Origin: Escherichia coli
Lineage (GTDB): Bacteria; Pseudomonadota; Gammaproteobacteria; Enterobacterales; Enterobacteriaceae
DNA length: 853 nt
Direction: 5' to 3' (one strand)
Assembly: GCF_003334335.1 (NCBI RefSeq)
Contig: NZ_QOWQ01000143.1
A model generated the notes under the pieces. That model searched no databases, was not told the DNA's origin, and saw only the letters and a program-made list of their open reading frames with translations. Position numbers and translations under genes: made by a program. The number at the start of each line of letters is the position of its first letter. Position 1 is the stretch's first letter. Positions 1 through 853 of the stretch are shown here, piece by piece.

Positions 1-494
1 GTCACCCACATGCTGTACTGCACCTGGGCCATGTAAGCCGACTTTATGGCCTCGAAACCACCGAGCCGGAACTTCATGAAATCCCTGGAGGTAAACGGGC
101 ATTTCAGCTCAAGGCCATTGCCGTCACTGCATAAACCATCGGGAGAGCAGGCTGTGCGCATACTTTCGTCGCGATAGATGATCGGGGATTCAGTAACATT
201 CACGCCGGAAGTGAATTCAAACAGGGTTCTGGCGTCGTTCTCGTACTGTTTTCCCCAGGCCAGCGCCTTAGCATTAACTTCCGGAGCCACACCGGTGCAA
301 ACCTCAGCCAGCAGGGTGTGGAAGTAGGACATTTTCATGTCAGGCCACTTCTTTCCTGAGCGGGGCTTTGCTATCACGTTGTGAACTTCTGAAGCGGTGA
401 TGACGCCGAGCCGTAATTTGTGCCATGCATCATCCCCCTGTTCGACAGCTCTCACGTCGATCCCGGTACGCTGCAGGATAATGTCCGGTGTCAT
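1..494 (-). CDS. exo: Lambda exonuclease (Exo / Red-alpha), 5'->3' dsDNA exonuclease; N-terminal 164 codons, 3' end truncated by window edge (full protein is about 226 aa)
   Basis: Minus-strand translation from the ATG at 494-492 reads [164 protein letters not shown](T), with no stop through position 3. This matches the lambda Exo N-terminus as I recall it, including Arg28 and the PD-(D/E)XK catalytic residues Asp119, Glu129 and Lys131. It was absent from the ORF track only because there is no in-window stop codon. Confidence 0.96.
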
Positions 495-853
495 GCTGCC
501 ACCTTCTGCTCAGTGGCTTTCTGTTTCAGGAATCCAAGAGCTTTCACTGCTTCGGCCTGTGTCAGTTCTGACGATGCGCGAATGTCGCGGCGAAATATCT
601 GGGAACAGAGCGGCAATAAGTCGTCATCCCATGTTTTATCCAGGGCGATCAGCAGAGTGTTAATCTCCTGCATGGTTTCATCGTTAACCGGAGTGATGTC
701 GCGTTCTGGCTGACGTTCTGCAGTGTATGCAGTATTTTCGACAATGCGCTCGGCTTCATCCTTGTCATAGATACCAGCAAATCCGAAGGCCAGACGGGCA
801 CACTGAATCATGGCTTTATGCCGTAACATCCGTTTGGGATGCGACTGCCACGG
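491..853 (-). CDS. bet: Bet (Red-beta) single-strand annealing / recombination protein; C-terminal 120 codons plus TGA stop, 5' end lies beyond the window (full protein is about 261 aa)
   Basis: The minus-strand frame is open from 853 down to the TGA at 493-491 and reads [120 protein letters not shown]. This matches the C-terminal region of lambda Bet. The supplied ORF (491..829) starts at an internal Met (Met codon 829-827); the frame continues without a stop to the window edge, so the true start is upstream and outside the window. Confidence 0.96.
499..505 (-). promoter_or_regulatory. Probable Shine-Dalgarno sequence for exo (AAGGTGG on the minus strand), embedded in the last codons of bet
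   Basis: The minus-strand sequence reads ...GAGCAGAAGGTGGCAGCATGA. AAGGTGG lies 4 nt upstream of the exo ATG (494-492), with the AGG core 7 nt upstream. This is consistent with a ribosome-binding site placed inside the upstream gene for coupled translation. Confidence 0.55.

Noticed and set aside
397-663. Plus-strand ORF of 88 aa from the supplied track
   Set aside because: It lies entirely antisense to the confidently identified exo/bet coding sequence. Its translation is low-complexity and Ser/Arg/Cys-rich with no recognisable motif, and it has no convincing upstream ribosome-binding site. It is a typical shadow ORF opposite a real gene.
420-713. Plus-strand ORF of 97 aa from the supplied track
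   Set aside because: Same reasoning. It is antisense to bet and exo, overlaps the other spurious plus-strand ORF in a different frame, and shows no similarity to any protein family I recognise.
827-829. ATG at 829-827 (minus) as the start codon of the 112-aa ORF in the track
   Set aside because: This is an internal Met of Bet. The minus-strand frame stays open to the window edge (853) and the upstream residues PWQSHPKR continue the Bet sequence, so the ORF-track start is an artefact of requiring an in-window ATG.
1-853. Searched for a novel or undescribed system (defence genes, toxin-antitoxin, small ORFs, repeats, CRISPR, RNA genes)
   Set aside because: The whole window is accounted for by two overlapping, well-known minus-strand genes. 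There is no intergenic space, no direct or inverted repeat structure beyond chance, and no unexplained ORF. Claiming novelty would not be supported by the sequence.
1-853. Promoter or terminator within the window
   Set aside because: No convincing -35/-10 pair or GC-rich hairpin followed by a U-tract was seen on either strand. In lambda these genes are transcribed from the distant pL promoter under N antitermination, so no local promoter is expected.

Overview
The whole 853-bp window is coding on the minus strand and covers the bet-exo junction of the bacteriophage lambda Red recombination operon. Positions 853..491 (minus) encode the C-terminal 120 residues of Bet (Red-beta, single-strand annealing protein) plus its TGA stop; the 5' end lies beyond the window. 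Positions 494..1 (minus) encode the N-terminal 164 residues of lambda exonuclease (Exo, Red-alpha); the 3' end lies beyond the window. The two genes overlap in the classic ATGA arrangement at 491-494. Both translations match my recollection of the lambda proteins almost residue for residue, and the Exo active-site residues are present. This is a very well-characterised system, so I do not see support for a novel or undescribed system here. The two plus-strand ORFs in the supplied track are antisense shadow ORFs. What cannot be resolved from 853 bp is whether this is phage lambda itself, a lambdoid prophage allele, or a recombineering construct.
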